Assembly: GCA_044234625.1 (NCBI GenBank) | Contig: JBIIIP010000001.1 | Coordinates: 52,497-116,496, forward strand | Length of the DNA: 64,000 nt | Source: Pirellulales bacterium | GTDB taxonomy: Bacteria > Planctomycetota > Planctomycetia > Pirellulales > UBA1268 | Direction of reading: 5' to 3' | Part shown: one piece after another, positions 54,766-64,000 of the stretch | Layout: every line of letters begins with the position of its first letter | Numbering within the stretch: the first letter of the stretch is position 1 | Made by a program: the position numbers and the translations under genes | Notes under the pieces: generated by a model | What the model saw: the letters and a program-made list of their open reading frames with translations, nothing else | Told to the model about the DNA's origin: nothing | The model's database searches: none

Positions 54766-54931
54766 GGCAGACTTCCGAAGCGTGGCCTCGTTGTACGCCA
54801 TGAAGCATGAAAAAACGATGAGCGTGCAGCCATTTGCTAGATTCCCGTGAGCAGCCATGGAACGGCGTGGGGCGGCAGCCTAGACTCGTGAATGTGGGTT
54901 GTTCACGCCGGTTTTTTCCTCCATTCTCGTC

Positions 54932-56986
54932 ATGAACCCGGACAGAACTGACACGAGGCGAAGGGCTGCGGAAAACGACTCGCTCGTTTTTCGCCGGGCC
55001 CAAACCGCCGCCTTCTCCGGGCTTGCCGTCCAGGTTTTGCTGGCCGGTGCGATGGGGCTTGTGGCCCTCTGGGGCGACAGCCAGGCACTCTATGCCGCCG
55101 GCTGGCACATGCTGGGTGGTCTTCCGATCTGGATCGTGCTGGTTCTCATCTACCAGCATCACGAAAGCGAGCGCGTGCAGCGGCTGGCGGCCGAAAAACT
55201 CACCGATACGAGCAAGAAGGCCGCCATCTTCGGGTCGTTGAGCGACGACCTCGACGCCGCCCGGGAACGATTGGACCGTCTCTATCGTTACGGACTCCCG
55301 ATCGTGAGCGCCACCGTGGCGGTGTATCTGCTGGCTGCCGGGGCCGCCCTGCTTTACGTCCGTATCAAGGCCTTTGCCGATGTGGATTCGACCGCCACGA
55401 ATCTTGCCACGGCATGCGACCCGGTAGGCCTGATGTTCGTCACGGCGGGTATTGCCTTCACCGCCTTTGTGACGGCCCGCTGGATCAGCGGGTATGCGCG
55501 CCAACGCGCATGGCAGTTACTACGCGGCGGTGCCAGCTACCTGATGAGCTGCTTCGTCGTGGCGTTGTTGCTTTTCGCCGGGGCGGCGATCGTTGCTGCC
55601 GGCGGTGATGCGCGGGTCTTCGGCTGGCTCGCCACAGCGATCCCGGCCGTGATGATTCTCGTTGGCCTTGAGATCCTGCTTACGTCGTTGCTCGAGTCCT
55701 ATCGCCCGCGGATTCCGGGTGAAATACCCCGTCCCGCCTTCGACAGCCGGGTGCTCGGGCTGCTCACGGCCCCGGAGTCGCTCGGGCGGGTGGTCGCTGA
55801 AACGATCAGCTACCAGTTCGGTGTGGAAGTGTCCCGGAGCTGGCTGTATCAGCTCCTCGGTCGCGCCGTCACGCCACTGACGCTGCTCGGGGCCGGCGTC
55901 CTCCTCGCCCTCAGCTGCTTCGTCTTGGTGGGGCCTGATGAACGCGGCCTCGTGCTGCGCTTCGGTGGCATCTTCGGCGATCCCCTCCCCCCCGGCCTCC
56001 ACCTGAAATGGCCGTGGCCCCTGGAAACGGCCGAATTGCATCCCGTCGGCCAAGTCCAAGAGGTGCTCGTTTCCAGCGACCTTACCGGGCGATCGCCCGA
56101 TTCCCCTGCCATCCTGTGGACGAGCGACAGCGACAGTGATGAGGCAATCGGCCAAGAGGATTTCGTGACGGCCCCAACCGCCGCCAGTGAAGGCACGGGC
56201 GTGGCCTTGGTTGCTGCCGACGTCATCGTTCAGTACGCGGTCGGGGACATCAGCGACTATGCGAGCGGCGGGTCAGATCCCCGGCTCCTGCTCAAACTGG
56301 TTTCCCAGCGGGAAGTTTCCCAGTATTTCGCCGCCCATGACATCGACACCCTGCTCGCCAACCCGCGCAGCCAAGCCGGTCTGCAGATGAGACAGGCGAT
56401 TCAGTCGCGGCTCGACGCCATGGGACTGGGCCTACGGATTGTCGGGGTGTCCATTACGGCACTGCATCCACCCATCGGCCGTGTGTCCCGGGCCTTTCAC
56501 TACCAGATCGGTGCGGTTCAGCAGCGCGAGACGAGCATCCAACAGGCGCGCAAACAGGCTGTTGTGGAATTGGCAAAGGTGGCCGGCTCGGTCGATTTGA
56601 GCCAGCGGATCGATGCAGCCATCCGACGGCTCGACGCCCAGCGCACGGCTGGACAGGCGCGAGAGGCCGCCGCCACGGAGACGGAGATCGACCAGCTGCT
56701 CGCCAGCGCGCGAGGCGAGGCGGCTGAACTGGTGCATCAGGCCCGTGCTTATCGCTGGCAACGGGCCGTGGGTGAAACGGCCAGTGGTGAACGTTTCTCC
56801 GGCGAACTGCTCGCCTATGAGGCTGCACCGCTGTACTACCGCACCCGTCGCTTTCTCGACGTCTTGGCGGAAGGACTTACCGGCCGCCGAAAATTCGTCA
56901 TCACGGAAGACGCCGGCGACGCACCGGTGTTTCGCATGGATTTCAGCGACCCCACTTCGGCGATCGATACGCTACTCGCCGAATGA
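54932..56986 (+). CDS. Polytopic membrane domain fused to SPFH/band-7 (HflK-like) domain
   Basis: About 330 aa containing roughly 7-8 hydrophobic helices. Then DERGLVLRFGGIFGDPLPPGLHLKWPWPLE, VIVQYAV, GLRIVGVSITALHPP, and a long coiled-coil-like Ala/Arg/Gln-rich tail. Confidence 0.75.
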   Translation: MNPDRTDTRRRAAENDSLVFRRAQTAAFSGLAVQVLLAGAMGLVALWGDSQALYAAGWHMLGGLPIWIVLVLIYQHHESERVQRLAAEKLTDTSKKAAIFGSLSDDLDAARERLDRLYRYGLPIVSATVAVYLLAAGAALLYVRIKAFADVDSTATNLATACDPVGLMFVTAGIAFTAFVTARWISGYARQRAWQLLRGGASYLMSCFVVALLLFAGAAIVAAGGDARVFGWLATAIPAVMILVGLEILLTSLLESYRPRIPGEIPRPAFDSRVLGLLTAPESLGRVVAETISYQFGVEVSRSWLYQLLGRAVTPLTLLGAGVLLALSCFVLVGPDERGLVLRFGGIFGDPLPPGLHLKWPWPLETAELHPVGQVQEVLVSSDLTGRSPDSPAILWTSDSDSDEAIGQEDFVTAPTAASEGTGVALVAADVIVQYAVGDISDYASGGSDPRLLLKLVSQREVSQYFAAHDIDTLLANPRSQAGLQMRQAIQSRLDAMGLGLRIVGVSITALHPPIGRVSRAFHYQIGAVQQRETSIQQARKQAVVELAKVAGSVDLSQRIDAAIRRLDAQRTAGQAREAAATETEIDQLLASARGEAAELVHQARAYRWQRAVGETASGERFSGELLAYEAAPLYYRTRRFLDVLAEGLTGRRKFVITEDAGDAPVFRMDFSDPTSAIDTLLAE

Positions 56987-57026
56987 CACACGCCGTCTTC
57001 GCGGCGGCCCCCCAGAGACCCAAACC

Positions 57027-57953
57027 ATGAAAAATTCATTCATCGTCCTGATGGGAGTGGTCCTCGTCGGACTGCTTCTCTCCCACATGTTTTTCTACCA
57101 GGTCCGTTATGACCAGGTGGCCGTGCGGACGACTTTCGACAAGGCGGACGAGTCGAGTGTGCAGGAAACCCCCGGCCTGAAGTGGCGGTGGCCGTGGCCG
57201 ATCAACAAGGTGGCCCTCTACTCGAAGCGGTTGCAGGTGCTCGAGGACAAGATCGAGGAGTTGCAAACGGCCGACGGCAAGAGCGTGATCGTACGGACGT
57301 ATCTGACGTGGCGGATCGCCGACCCGCTCGCGTTCTACGTCACGCTCAAGGATCCTGCCGAGGCGGCCCGGCAGCTGTCATCGCGGCTGCGCGAGATCCG
57401 CAGCCTCATCAGCAGTTACCGTTTTGACGAGTTGGTCAACACCGACAAAGCGAAGATCAAGCTGGCGGCCATCGAGGAGGAGGCGGCCCGGTCGCTCGAC
57501 GCAGCGCTTTCGCAGGCGGACTACGGCATCCGCGTGGAAAGCGTCGGCATCCATAAGATCATCTTGCCCGAGGCGACGACGGAGAAAGTATTCGAAACGA
57601 TGATCGCCTCCCGGGAGCGGCTCGCCGAAAACGCCCTCCAGGAAGGACAGGCGCAGGCTTCCGCCATCCGCAGCGAAGCCGCCAGCGCCCGCGAGCGCAT
57701 CCTTGCCTTCGCCGAACGCCGGGCTCAAGCCATCCGCTCACAGGGCGATCGGGAAGCGGCCGTGCAGTACGGAGCGTTCGCCAAGAACGAAGAATTCGCG
57801 ATCTTCCTCCGCAAGATCGACGCCCTGCGAAAAATGCTCGATCACAACACGACATTCGTCCTCTCGGCCGATAGCCTCGGAATCTTGGATTGGTTCACCA
57901 AGGACCCGGCGGCGGCCCGGCAGCCGCGCAAGCCCGCCGCCGCGACGCCCTGA
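57027..57953 (+). CDS. SPFH/band-7 protein (HflC-like)
   Basis: N-terminal TM helix. QVAVRTTF...PGLKWRWPWPINKV, VIVRTYLTWRIADPLAFY, GIRVESVGIHKIILPE, and a helical tail. Confidence 0.8.
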   Translation: MKNSFIVLMGVVLVGLLLSHMFFYQVRYDQVAVRTTFDKADESSVQETPGLKWRWPWPINKVALYSKRLQVLEDKIEELQTADGKSVIVRTYLTWRIADPLAFYVTLKDPAEAARQLSSRLREIRSLISSYRFDELVNTDKAKIKLAAIEEEAARSLDAALSQADYGIRVESVGIHKIILPEATTEKVFETMIASRERLAENALQEGQAQASAIRSEAASARERILAFAERRAQAIRSQGDREAAVQYGAFAKNEEFAIFLRKIDALRKMLDHNTTFVLSADSLGILDWFTKDPAAARQPRKPAAATP

Positions 57954-57969
57954 TCCGACGGACCCAATC

Positions 57970-59232
57970 ATGCAACCATCCGATCGACAGCCGCCCGATT
58001 CAGCGTTAGCCCTTGACCCGGCCCAGCAGTCCCTCGCCGAGGCTTTGAGGGTGGGGTTTGGGATCCTCAAGCTGGCGATGGTCGCGCTCCTGGTCGCTTA
58101 CGCGGCCAGCGGCATCTTCTCCGTGGGCTCCAACGAGGTCGCCCTCCGCTTGCGATTCGGCGACTACGTGGGTGGCCCCGGGAATCGCGTCCTCGAACGG
58201 GGAACGTATTTCGCGGCGCCGTTTCCGTTCGAACAGGTCGTCAAGGTCGACACGCGACCAGCCACGCTCGTGCTGGACGACGAGTTCTGGTTCGAAACGA
58301 GCAAGGAGGAAAGTGGCCTTTCCAGAACCCAACTCCAAGGCCGCAAGGGTCTACCCCTCCATCCACTCCGGGATGGCTCCCTGATCACGGGAGATTCCAA
58401 CATCGCCCATGCCAAGTGGACGCTCACCTGGCGGGTCATCGACCCCGTTGCGTTTCTCACCAATGTCGGCACGAAACCCTTGGCAACCGACATCGTCCGG
58501 CTCGTCGCCCAGCAGGGCATCGTCCAGGCCGTGGCCCAATTGGGGGCGGAGGACTTTCTCCGCGGCATCGTGAACCGTGATCTTGCCGTCGGGATCATGC
58601 AACAGCGGCTCGACGAAATGCGGACGGGTCTGGTCGTCGATCAGTTGACGCTCGACAAAGTATCCGCGCCGATGGCGGTCGCCCGCAGTTTCGATGCCGT
58701 GACGAGTGCCGAAAGCGATCGTGCCGGCAGGATCGTTGCCGCGGAACAAGAGCGGGCCAGGATTCTTGGGGAAACGGCCGGGGAGGCCACCCCGAAACTT
58801 CTCGTGATCCTGTCGCAATACGAACAGGCAACGGAACGAGGCGATGCCGCGGCCGCAAGCGCGATCTGGGAGACGCTCGACGCTGCGTTCTCCAATCTGG
58901 GCGTCGGCGACACGCCGATCGGTGGTGAAGTGGCCCGGATTGTCAACTCGGCGAAAACCTACCGCACGCAGGTGGTGGAGCGCGTGGCGACGGAGGCCCA
59001 GGCCTTCCAGCAACTCCTCCCGCAATACGAGCGAAATCCGCGGCTGGTGATGGCAAAACTGTGGGAGGATGCCCGGGAAACCATCCTCACCGGCGATGTG
59101 GAAACCTTCTACACCGTGCCCGGCCAACTCGAATTGCAGCTCAACCGCGATCCTGAACTTCAGAAGGAACGTCAGCGAGAACAGCTGAAGGCCCGGAAGA
59201 AGTCCCAGCGGGAAGCCAATTCCAACCGATGA
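57970..59232 (+). CDS. SPFH/band-7 protein (HflK-like)
   Basis: TM helix, NEVALRLRFGDYVG..RGTYFAAPFPFEQV, AKWTLTWRVIDPVAFL, GLVVDQLTLDKVSAP, and a long helical tail. Its stop overlaps the ABC ATPase start. Confidence 0.8.
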   Translation: MQPSDRQPPDSALALDPAQQSLAEALRVGFGILKLAMVALLVAYAASGIFSVGSNEVALRLRFGDYVGGPGNRVLERGTYFAAPFPFEQVVKVDTRPATLVLDDEFWFETSKEESGLSRTQLQGRKGLPLHPLRDGSLITGDSNIAHAKWTLTWRVIDPVAFLTNVGTKPLATDIVRLVAQQGIVQAVAQLGAEDFLRGIVNRDLAVGIMQQRLDEMRTGLVVDQLTLDKVSAPMAVARSFDAVTSAESDRAGRIVAAEQERARILGETAGEATPKLLVILSQYEQATERGDAAAASAIWETLDAAFSNLGVGDTPIGGEVARIVNSAKTYRTQVVERVATEAQAFQQLLPQYERNPRLVMAKLWEDARETILTGDVETFYTVPGQLELQLNRDPELQKERQREQLKARKKSQREANSNR

Positions 59233-60293
59233 AACAACCCTTTCAAGGACGACCAGACGTGGCGACCGAGGACCACCGGGAGGAAGCGGTCATCGACATC
59301 GCATGTGCCGGCGTGACCAAGGTCTTCCGCGACTTCTGGATGCGTCCGCGGGTGCATGCGGTCACGGACCTTGATCTGGAGGTTCACCGCGGCCAGATCT
59401 ATGGCCTCCTCGGCCCCAACGGTTCCGGCAAAAGCACAACTATCAAGATGCTCCTCGGGCTGTTGCAGCCTTCGAGCGGCCGCATCGCCGTGCTGGGTAA
59501 ACGCCCGAAAGACGTCGATGTCAAGCAACACATTGGCTATCTCCCCGAGGAATCCTACCTCTATCGCTTCCTGACGGGCCGCGAAACGCTCGAGTACTAC
59601 GGGCGGCTCTTTCGCCTCGAGCGCAAGGCCCGGCAGGAGAGAATCGACATGCTGCTCGACATGGTCGGGCTGGATGCCGTTCAGGACCGCCCGGTAGGCG
59701 AGTATTCCAAGGGCATGCAACGACGGATCGGCCTGGCGCAGAGTTTGATCAACGATCCTCAGCTGCTGATTCTTGACGAGCCCACGAGCGGCATGGACCC
59801 GGTGGGCGCGCGACAGATCAAGGACCTCATCGCGATGTTGGCGAAGCGGGGCAAGACCGTCTTGCTGTGCTCGCATCTGCTTGCCGACGTCGAGGATCTC
59901 TGCGACCGCGTGGCGATCATGTACGGCGGCCAGGTTCGCGCGGAGGGGACATGTGGCCAACTGCTCGAGGAGGAGCATGCGACACTCCTGGAGACCAGTG
60001 AAATGCCGGAGACGGTGCTCGCGGAGGTGCGGGCTGTCCTCGAGCGACACGCCTTGGTGATGAAGCATGTGCAGCGGCCGCGACGCAAGTTGGAAACACT
60101 CTTCATGGAGATCGTCGAACAGGCCAGGGCGGAAGGTATGCAGACGTCCGGGGCAAGGAGCGGCGGGGCGATGGCCGAGTTTCTCACCACCGAGGAGCGG
60201 TCTACCGTTGACGACGCCGGAGTGGACGAGCGGCTCCTTGACCGTCTCGTCCATGAACGGCAGCCCGCGACACCTGCAGCGCAGGAGCGGTGA
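59229..60293 (+). CDS. ABC transporter ATP-binding protein (ABC-2/DrrA-like) with C-terminal extension
   Basis: Walker A GPNGSGKST, Q-loop, signature YSKGMQRRIGLA, Walker B LLILDEPTSGMD, and H-loop CSHLL. Confidence 0.9.
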   Translation: MKQPFQGRPDVATEDHREEAVIDIACAGVTKVFRDFWMRPRVHAVTDLDLEVHRGQIYGLLGPNGSGKSTTIKMLLGLLQPSSGRIAVLGKRPKDVDVKQHIGYLPEESYLYRFLTGRETLEYYGRLFRLERKARQERIDMLLDMVGLDAVQDRPVGEYSKGMQRRIGLAQSLINDPQLLILDEPTSGMDPVGARQIKDLIAMLAKRGKTVLLCSHLLADVEDLCDRVAIMYGGQVRAEGTCGQLLEEEHATLLETSEMPETVLAEVRAVLERHALVMKHVQRPRRKLETLFMEIVEQARAEGMQTSGARSGGAMAEFLTTEERSTVDDAGVDERLLDRLVHERQPATPAAQER

Positions 60294-60296
60294 CTC

Positions 60297-62030
60297 ATGG
60301 CCATTCGCTCCGACCCCTCGGCCGATCTGCCCGCCGACGAGCCAGCTGCACCGTTTGCTCGGCCGTTCCTCGATCCGGAAAATCTGCGGCCCAACTTGCT
60401 GCGCAGGCTGAAGCCCACGGTGTTCCTCGTGGCGGCTGCAATCGCCGCCGCGGCATGGTGGCTCGGCTACCCGGCTCCGGCCATCGCCATCGGTGGCGCC
60501 ATGGCGTTGGCGATCGGTTTCACCATCGGCCTGTCGGCCTTGCGAATGCTCCTCTCCGCGAGCCATCCGATTGTTGCCGTCGCGCGGGCGATCGTCGAGG
60601 AATCCGTCGGCTCGCGACTTTCGATTCTGCTGTTGACTTTGGTTCTCGTGTCGCTCCCCGTGTTGCCGCTCGTGCTCGATCCTACGGAACGGCTCGCCTA
60701 CCGGACACAGTTTTTCCTCGACTGGTCGCTTGCGGGTGTCAGCACACTGCTCAGCGTGCTCACCATCGCCTTGTGCTGCTCGAGCATCTGCGGAGACATC
60801 GATCGCCGCCACATTCACATGACCCTGTCGAAGCCGGTGCGTCGCTGGGGCTATCTGTTCGGCAAATGGCTGGGGGTGATCCTCCTCGACGCCATGCTTG
60901 TGGCCCTCGCCGGGACGGGAGTCTTCATCTTCGCGATGGCCATCAGCGCATCGCCGGCGGTGGACGATGCCGACCGCCGTGCCGTCAACGAGCAGGTGCT
61001 GACGGCCCGCATCGCGGCCAGGCCGGTGCACCCGCGGCGCGAGGAGTTCGAGAAGTCCGTCGCGGTCGCCATCGACGCCATACGTAAGGATGATCCCGCC
61101 CTGTTCGACAAGGATCCCGACAGGGCAAGGAAACGGATCCTTTCGCAATACGTGCACGCCTGGCACATGGTCACGGCCGACGTCGTCTCCAGCTACGTCT
61201 TCGAGCATCTCGACCGGGATCGGATCGGAGCCCCGGTCATCCAGTTGCGTCTGGAGCCGTTTTCCAACAACTCTGCCACCAGTGAAAGCGAAGTGCGGTT
61301 CGCGCTCTGGTTGAACGAGCGCCCCTATCCCGTCCGCGATGGAATCCATGAAGACTACGAACTGCCCGCCAATCGCATCCACACCATCGAGCTGCCGACA
61401 TCCGCGATTGCCGAGAACGGCACGCTGCGGCTCACGATCGCCAATCGCAATCGGGTGATGCCGGGGGACGACGTGCCGACCGTGATTTCCTTCAATCCCG
61501 GAGAGGGCTTGGAGGTGCTCTACCGGGCCGGCACGTTTGCCACAAACTTCATCAGGGGCATCCTCATCATGTGGGCGAAGTTGGCCATGCTCGCCGCCAT
61601 TTCGGTCGCCGCGGCATCCTGGCTCGGCCTGCCCGTGGCCATGCTCACCGCCTTGATGGTTTTCGCGACCGCCGTTGGAAGTGCCTTTGTGGCCGATGCC
61701 ATCGACATCTACACCGGCATCGACCTCGCGGAGCCGACGCTCTCGTCGATGCTGCAATTGCGGGGAGGGCTGCTGCTCGAACGGATCTTCAAGCTCGAGT
61801 GGTGGGAAGCGGCCAAGACGATGGGAGCCTACCTTGCCGACCTGTTCCTCCTGCTGGTGCCATCTTTCGGCGACTATGACTCGGTCACGCAGCTTGCCAC
61901 CGGGCGACTCATCCCACTTCGCGAGTTGGCCACCGCCCTCGTCGAACTGGGTCTCTTCTATCCGGCGGTGTCTCTCGCCATCGGCTGGCTGCTGCTGGAA
62001 AACCGGGATCTCGTGAGCTCGCCGTCATGA
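60297..62030 (+). CDS. Large ABC-2-like permease with about 200-aa extracytoplasmic insertion
   Basis: IHMTLSKPVRRWGYLFGKWLGV motif, shared in type with the 53800-54765 permease. Hydrophobic helices flank a soluble segment (about residues 230-440). AGGAG upstream of the ATG. Confidence 0.65.
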   Translation: MAIRSDPSADLPADEPAAPFARPFLDPENLRPNLLRRLKPTVFLVAAAIAAAAWWLGYPAPAIAIGGAMALAIGFTIGLSALRMLLSASHPIVAVARAIVEESVGSRLSILLLTLVLVSLPVLPLVLDPTERLAYRTQFFLDWSLAGVSTLLSVLTIALCCSSICGDIDRRHIHMTLSKPVRRWGYLFGKWLGVILLDAMLVALAGTGVFIFAMAISASPAVDDADRRAVNEQVLTARIAARPVHPRREEFEKSVAVAIDAIRKDDPALFDKDPDRARKRILSQYVHAWHMVTADVVSSYVFEHLDRDRIGAPVIQLRLEPFSNNSATSESEVRFALWLNERPYPVRDGIHEDYELPANRIHTIELPTSAIAENGTLRLTIANRNRVMPGDDVPTVISFNPGEGLEVLYRAGTFATNFIRGILIMWAKLAMLAAISVAAASWLGLPVAMLTALMVFATAVGSAFVADAIDIYTGIDLAEPTLSSMLQLRGGLLLERIFKLEWWEAAKTMGAYLADLFLLLVPSFGDYDSVTQLATGRLIPLRELATALVELGLFYPAVSLAIGWLLLENRDLVSSPS

Positions 62031-63925
62031 CTGACCGGGCCACGATGACGATCGCTTCCCTCTGTCTGGCGGGATGCCTCGCCGGATCGTCCGGCATCGC
62101 CGGATACGTGCAGCAGTACCGACGCGATTTACGGCTCGTGGTCACGACCGAAGGCACTGAGGGCATGCCGGCTCACGTCGCCGTGGTGACGGCGGCACTG
62201 GGCACGTTTCGCGGGCTTGCCGTCGATCTCCTGTGGGCGCGGGCCGAGCACCTGCAGACAGAAGGGGAATTCTTCGAGGCCCAGACGTTGAGCCAGTGGA
62301 TCACGACGCTCCAGCCTCGCTTTCAAAAGGTCTGGGCATTCCAGGCCTGGAACCTTGCCTACAACATCGCGGCAGCCACGCAGGTGCCGGCTGAGCGGTG
62401 GGCGTGGGTGAGCCGTGGCATCGACTTGTTACGAAGCCGCGGAATCCCGCTCAATCCACAGGCAGCCAATCTGTATTTCGAGTTGTCGTGGATCTTCCAA
62501 AACAAGATCGGCCGCGTCGGCGACAAGCAGCATTGGTATTACAAGGCGCGTCTGGCCCGTGAGATGCAGGAATTTCTAGGCGACCTCACCAGTGGCCGCA
62601 CCACCGACGAGGCCATCGACCGCTTCCGCACCATCGCCGACGCCCCCGCGACGTTGGAGGAACTCCGGGAAAAAGTGCCTGCGGTGAAGACTGCACTCGG
62701 CCTACTGGCCGATCATGGGGCAGCGCCGGACGAACAAACGCTTCGCATGCTTGGCCGCGTGCTCATGGTCTCCAGTTCCCTGGATGCCAAGTTGCTCGGC
62801 GCCGACTCGACACCACCCGGAACGAACACGGGGTTGTTGGCCGCCTTGCAATCTGATCGCCAGGCTGCGGCCCTGTTTTTCGACCATGTGGTTCCGTTTC
62901 TGCAGAAGCGAATCCTCGAAGACCGCTACCGCATGAAGCCGGCCGCCATGCTTGCCTTGATGGAAAAATATGGGCCGCTCGATTGGCGGCATCCGCACGC
63001 GCATGGCATCTTTTGGTCGGAGAAAGGGGTGGAGGTTGCCCGCACGGCCTTCCGCCGGGAGAGCATCAACGAGTTGATGCTCGTGCGCACACGGCTCTTG
63101 ATGCTCATGGAACTGATGCGTTCGGGCCGCGTCGATCTGGATGCCGTCACCAACCGGATCGACCTTCTTCCCGACCCGCGTTTCGCGCGGGAGTACGAGC
63201 AGGCGATCCAGGAGGCCTTCGACCTCGTGGCATCCGATACGGGGATTTCAGCCGCCGACTTCGGAAATGCCGAGGAAAAGGACCTGTACGACACGTACGA
63301 AAAGTTCCTGAACGTCGCGACGATGCTCACCTTTCTGTACGGTGACGAGGCGGAGGCCGTGCGGTATTTCAACATGCTGCGGGAATTCGTCACGAAACGA
63401 GGCTATGGAGACGAGCCGGTCTACTCCGATACGCTGCAGAACTTCGTCGCCATGCGGTTTTCCGGCGCCGTGAAGGTGAACCTCTCCGACTTGCGACAGT
63501 TTCTCGACGCCATGATCCGGCGGTCGTTCGTCGAAGGCCTGGCGAAAGGAGACTTGCGGGTCTTCAACCGGTATCTGGGCATAGCCTTCACGGTTTATGA
63601 CAAACGGTTCTCCGTCACCGACCCCAACGCCCGCTTCATCCTCGAGGACGCTAAACTCGCAGACTTCCCCACGCTCGTCGGCAACTCCTTCGAGTCCGTG
63701 ATGAAGGACACGGGCATGCCCATCTTGACCCGGGCGCGGATGTGGGCCTGGGCTCCCGACAAGATCAAGCGGGCCGTTCACGCTTCCGTGGCCGAAGTGC
63801 TTCAAACCCAGGCTCAGGCTGCCGGACTCGATCCAGCGCGGGCCTTCCCGCCGCCTGCCGCGGAACGGGAGTCGCCCGAGGCGGGAACGACTTCGGATGA
63901 AGACAGCGTACCACCAGCGAAGTGA
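62027..63925 (+). CDS. Hypothetical 632-aa helical protein, N-terminal lipobox-like LAGC / TM segment
   Basis: ATGA overlap with the permease gene. Trp/Phe-rich N-terminal block (WARAEHLQTEGEFFEAQTLSQWITTLQPRFQKVWAFQAWNLAYN). I recognise no family. Confidence 0.6.
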   Translation: MTDRATMTIASLCLAGCLAGSSGIAGYVQQYRRDLRLVVTTEGTEGMPAHVAVVTAALGTFRGLAVDLLWARAEHLQTEGEFFEAQTLSQWITTLQPRFQKVWAFQAWNLAYNIAAATQVPAERWAWVSRGIDLLRSRGIPLNPQAANLYFELSWIFQNKIGRVGDKQHWYYKARLAREMQEFLGDLTSGRTTDEAIDRFRTIADAPATLEELREKVPAVKTALGLLADHGAAPDEQTLRMLGRVLMVSSSLDAKLLGADSTPPGTNTGLLAALQSDRQAAALFFDHVVPFLQKRILEDRYRMKPAAMLALMEKYGPLDWRHPHAHGIFWSEKGVEVARTAFRRESINELMLVRTRLLMLMELMRSGRVDLDAVTNRIDLLPDPRFAREYEQAIQEAFDLVASDTGISAADFGNAEEKDLYDTYEKFLNVATMLTFLYGDEAEAVRYFNMLREFVTKRGYGDEPVYSDTLQNFVAMRFSGAVKVNLSDLRQFLDAMIRRSFVEGLAKGDLRVFNRYLGIAFTVYDKRFSVTDPNARFILEDAKLADFPTLVGNSFESVMKDTGMPILTRARMWAWAPDKIKRAVHASVAEVLQTQAQAAGLDPARAFPPPAAERESPEAGTTSDEDSVPPAK

Positions 63926-64000
63926 TCCGAATTCGATGCACCACGCCGAGCGGACCGGTCCGGAGAACGCGCCACACTGGTTGACGGCGGCTCTCGTGGG

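Noticed and set aside
59172-61757. 861-aa minus-strand ORF antisense to the ABC ATPase and permease genes. Similar cases are 1151-2623, 9467-10978, 32191-33924, 34587-36413, 38644-40503 and 46147-47454.
   Set aside because: Same reasoning as above: biased Arg/Gly/Pro/Asp composition, no recognisable domains, and each fully overlaps a well-supported gene on the other strand.

Overview
GC-rich bacterial chromosomal segment whose gene content looks planctomycete: a DUF1559 prepilin-like protein, a DUF1552 plus DUF1592/PSCyt pair, a sulfatase, a ThuA-like protein, and many 4-nt ATGA start/stop overlaps. All protein calls rest on motifs I recognise in the supplied ORF translations. No database search was run, and start codons are often ambiguous because long N-terminal extensions and antisense shadow ORFs are common in DNA this GC-rich.

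Layout:
- 1-13.5 kb: an accessory-looking block that begins at a tRNA-Asn(GTT). It is cut into four cargo modules by progressively degraded copies of the tRNA 3' end. The modules are: a DUF4160/DUF2442 pair; a two-gene membrane cytochrome pair; two exported hydrolases plus a decayed DUF433/DUF5615 pair; and a self-contained ArsR-regulated persulfide/sulfite operon. The block ends at an LpxH-like pseudogene. No integrase is visible.
- 13.7-33.5 kb: mostly chromosomal genes. These include a DUF1552/DUF1592 pair, a 6.8-kb coupled operon of DUF2126, circularly permuted ATP-grasp + alpha-E, and transglutaminase, a sigma-70 factor, and apt.
- 33.5-50 kb: housekeeping genes (mnmA, floA, actP, PiT, pepP-like, FKBP) separated by a dispersed family of palindromic REP-like repeats seen at five intergenic loci. 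A baeRF3-like (eRF1-fold) gene also sits here.
- 50-64 kb: a pseudopilin-like gene, a P1B-type ATPase, and the candidate I rank highest. This is a tightly coupled locus of three SPFH/band-7 paralogs (one fused to a polytopic membrane domain), an ABC ATPase, a large ABC-2-like permease and a 632-aa unassignable helical protein, with a second ABC-2 permease transcribed divergently.

No CRISPR array, rRNA, transposase or integrase was found.
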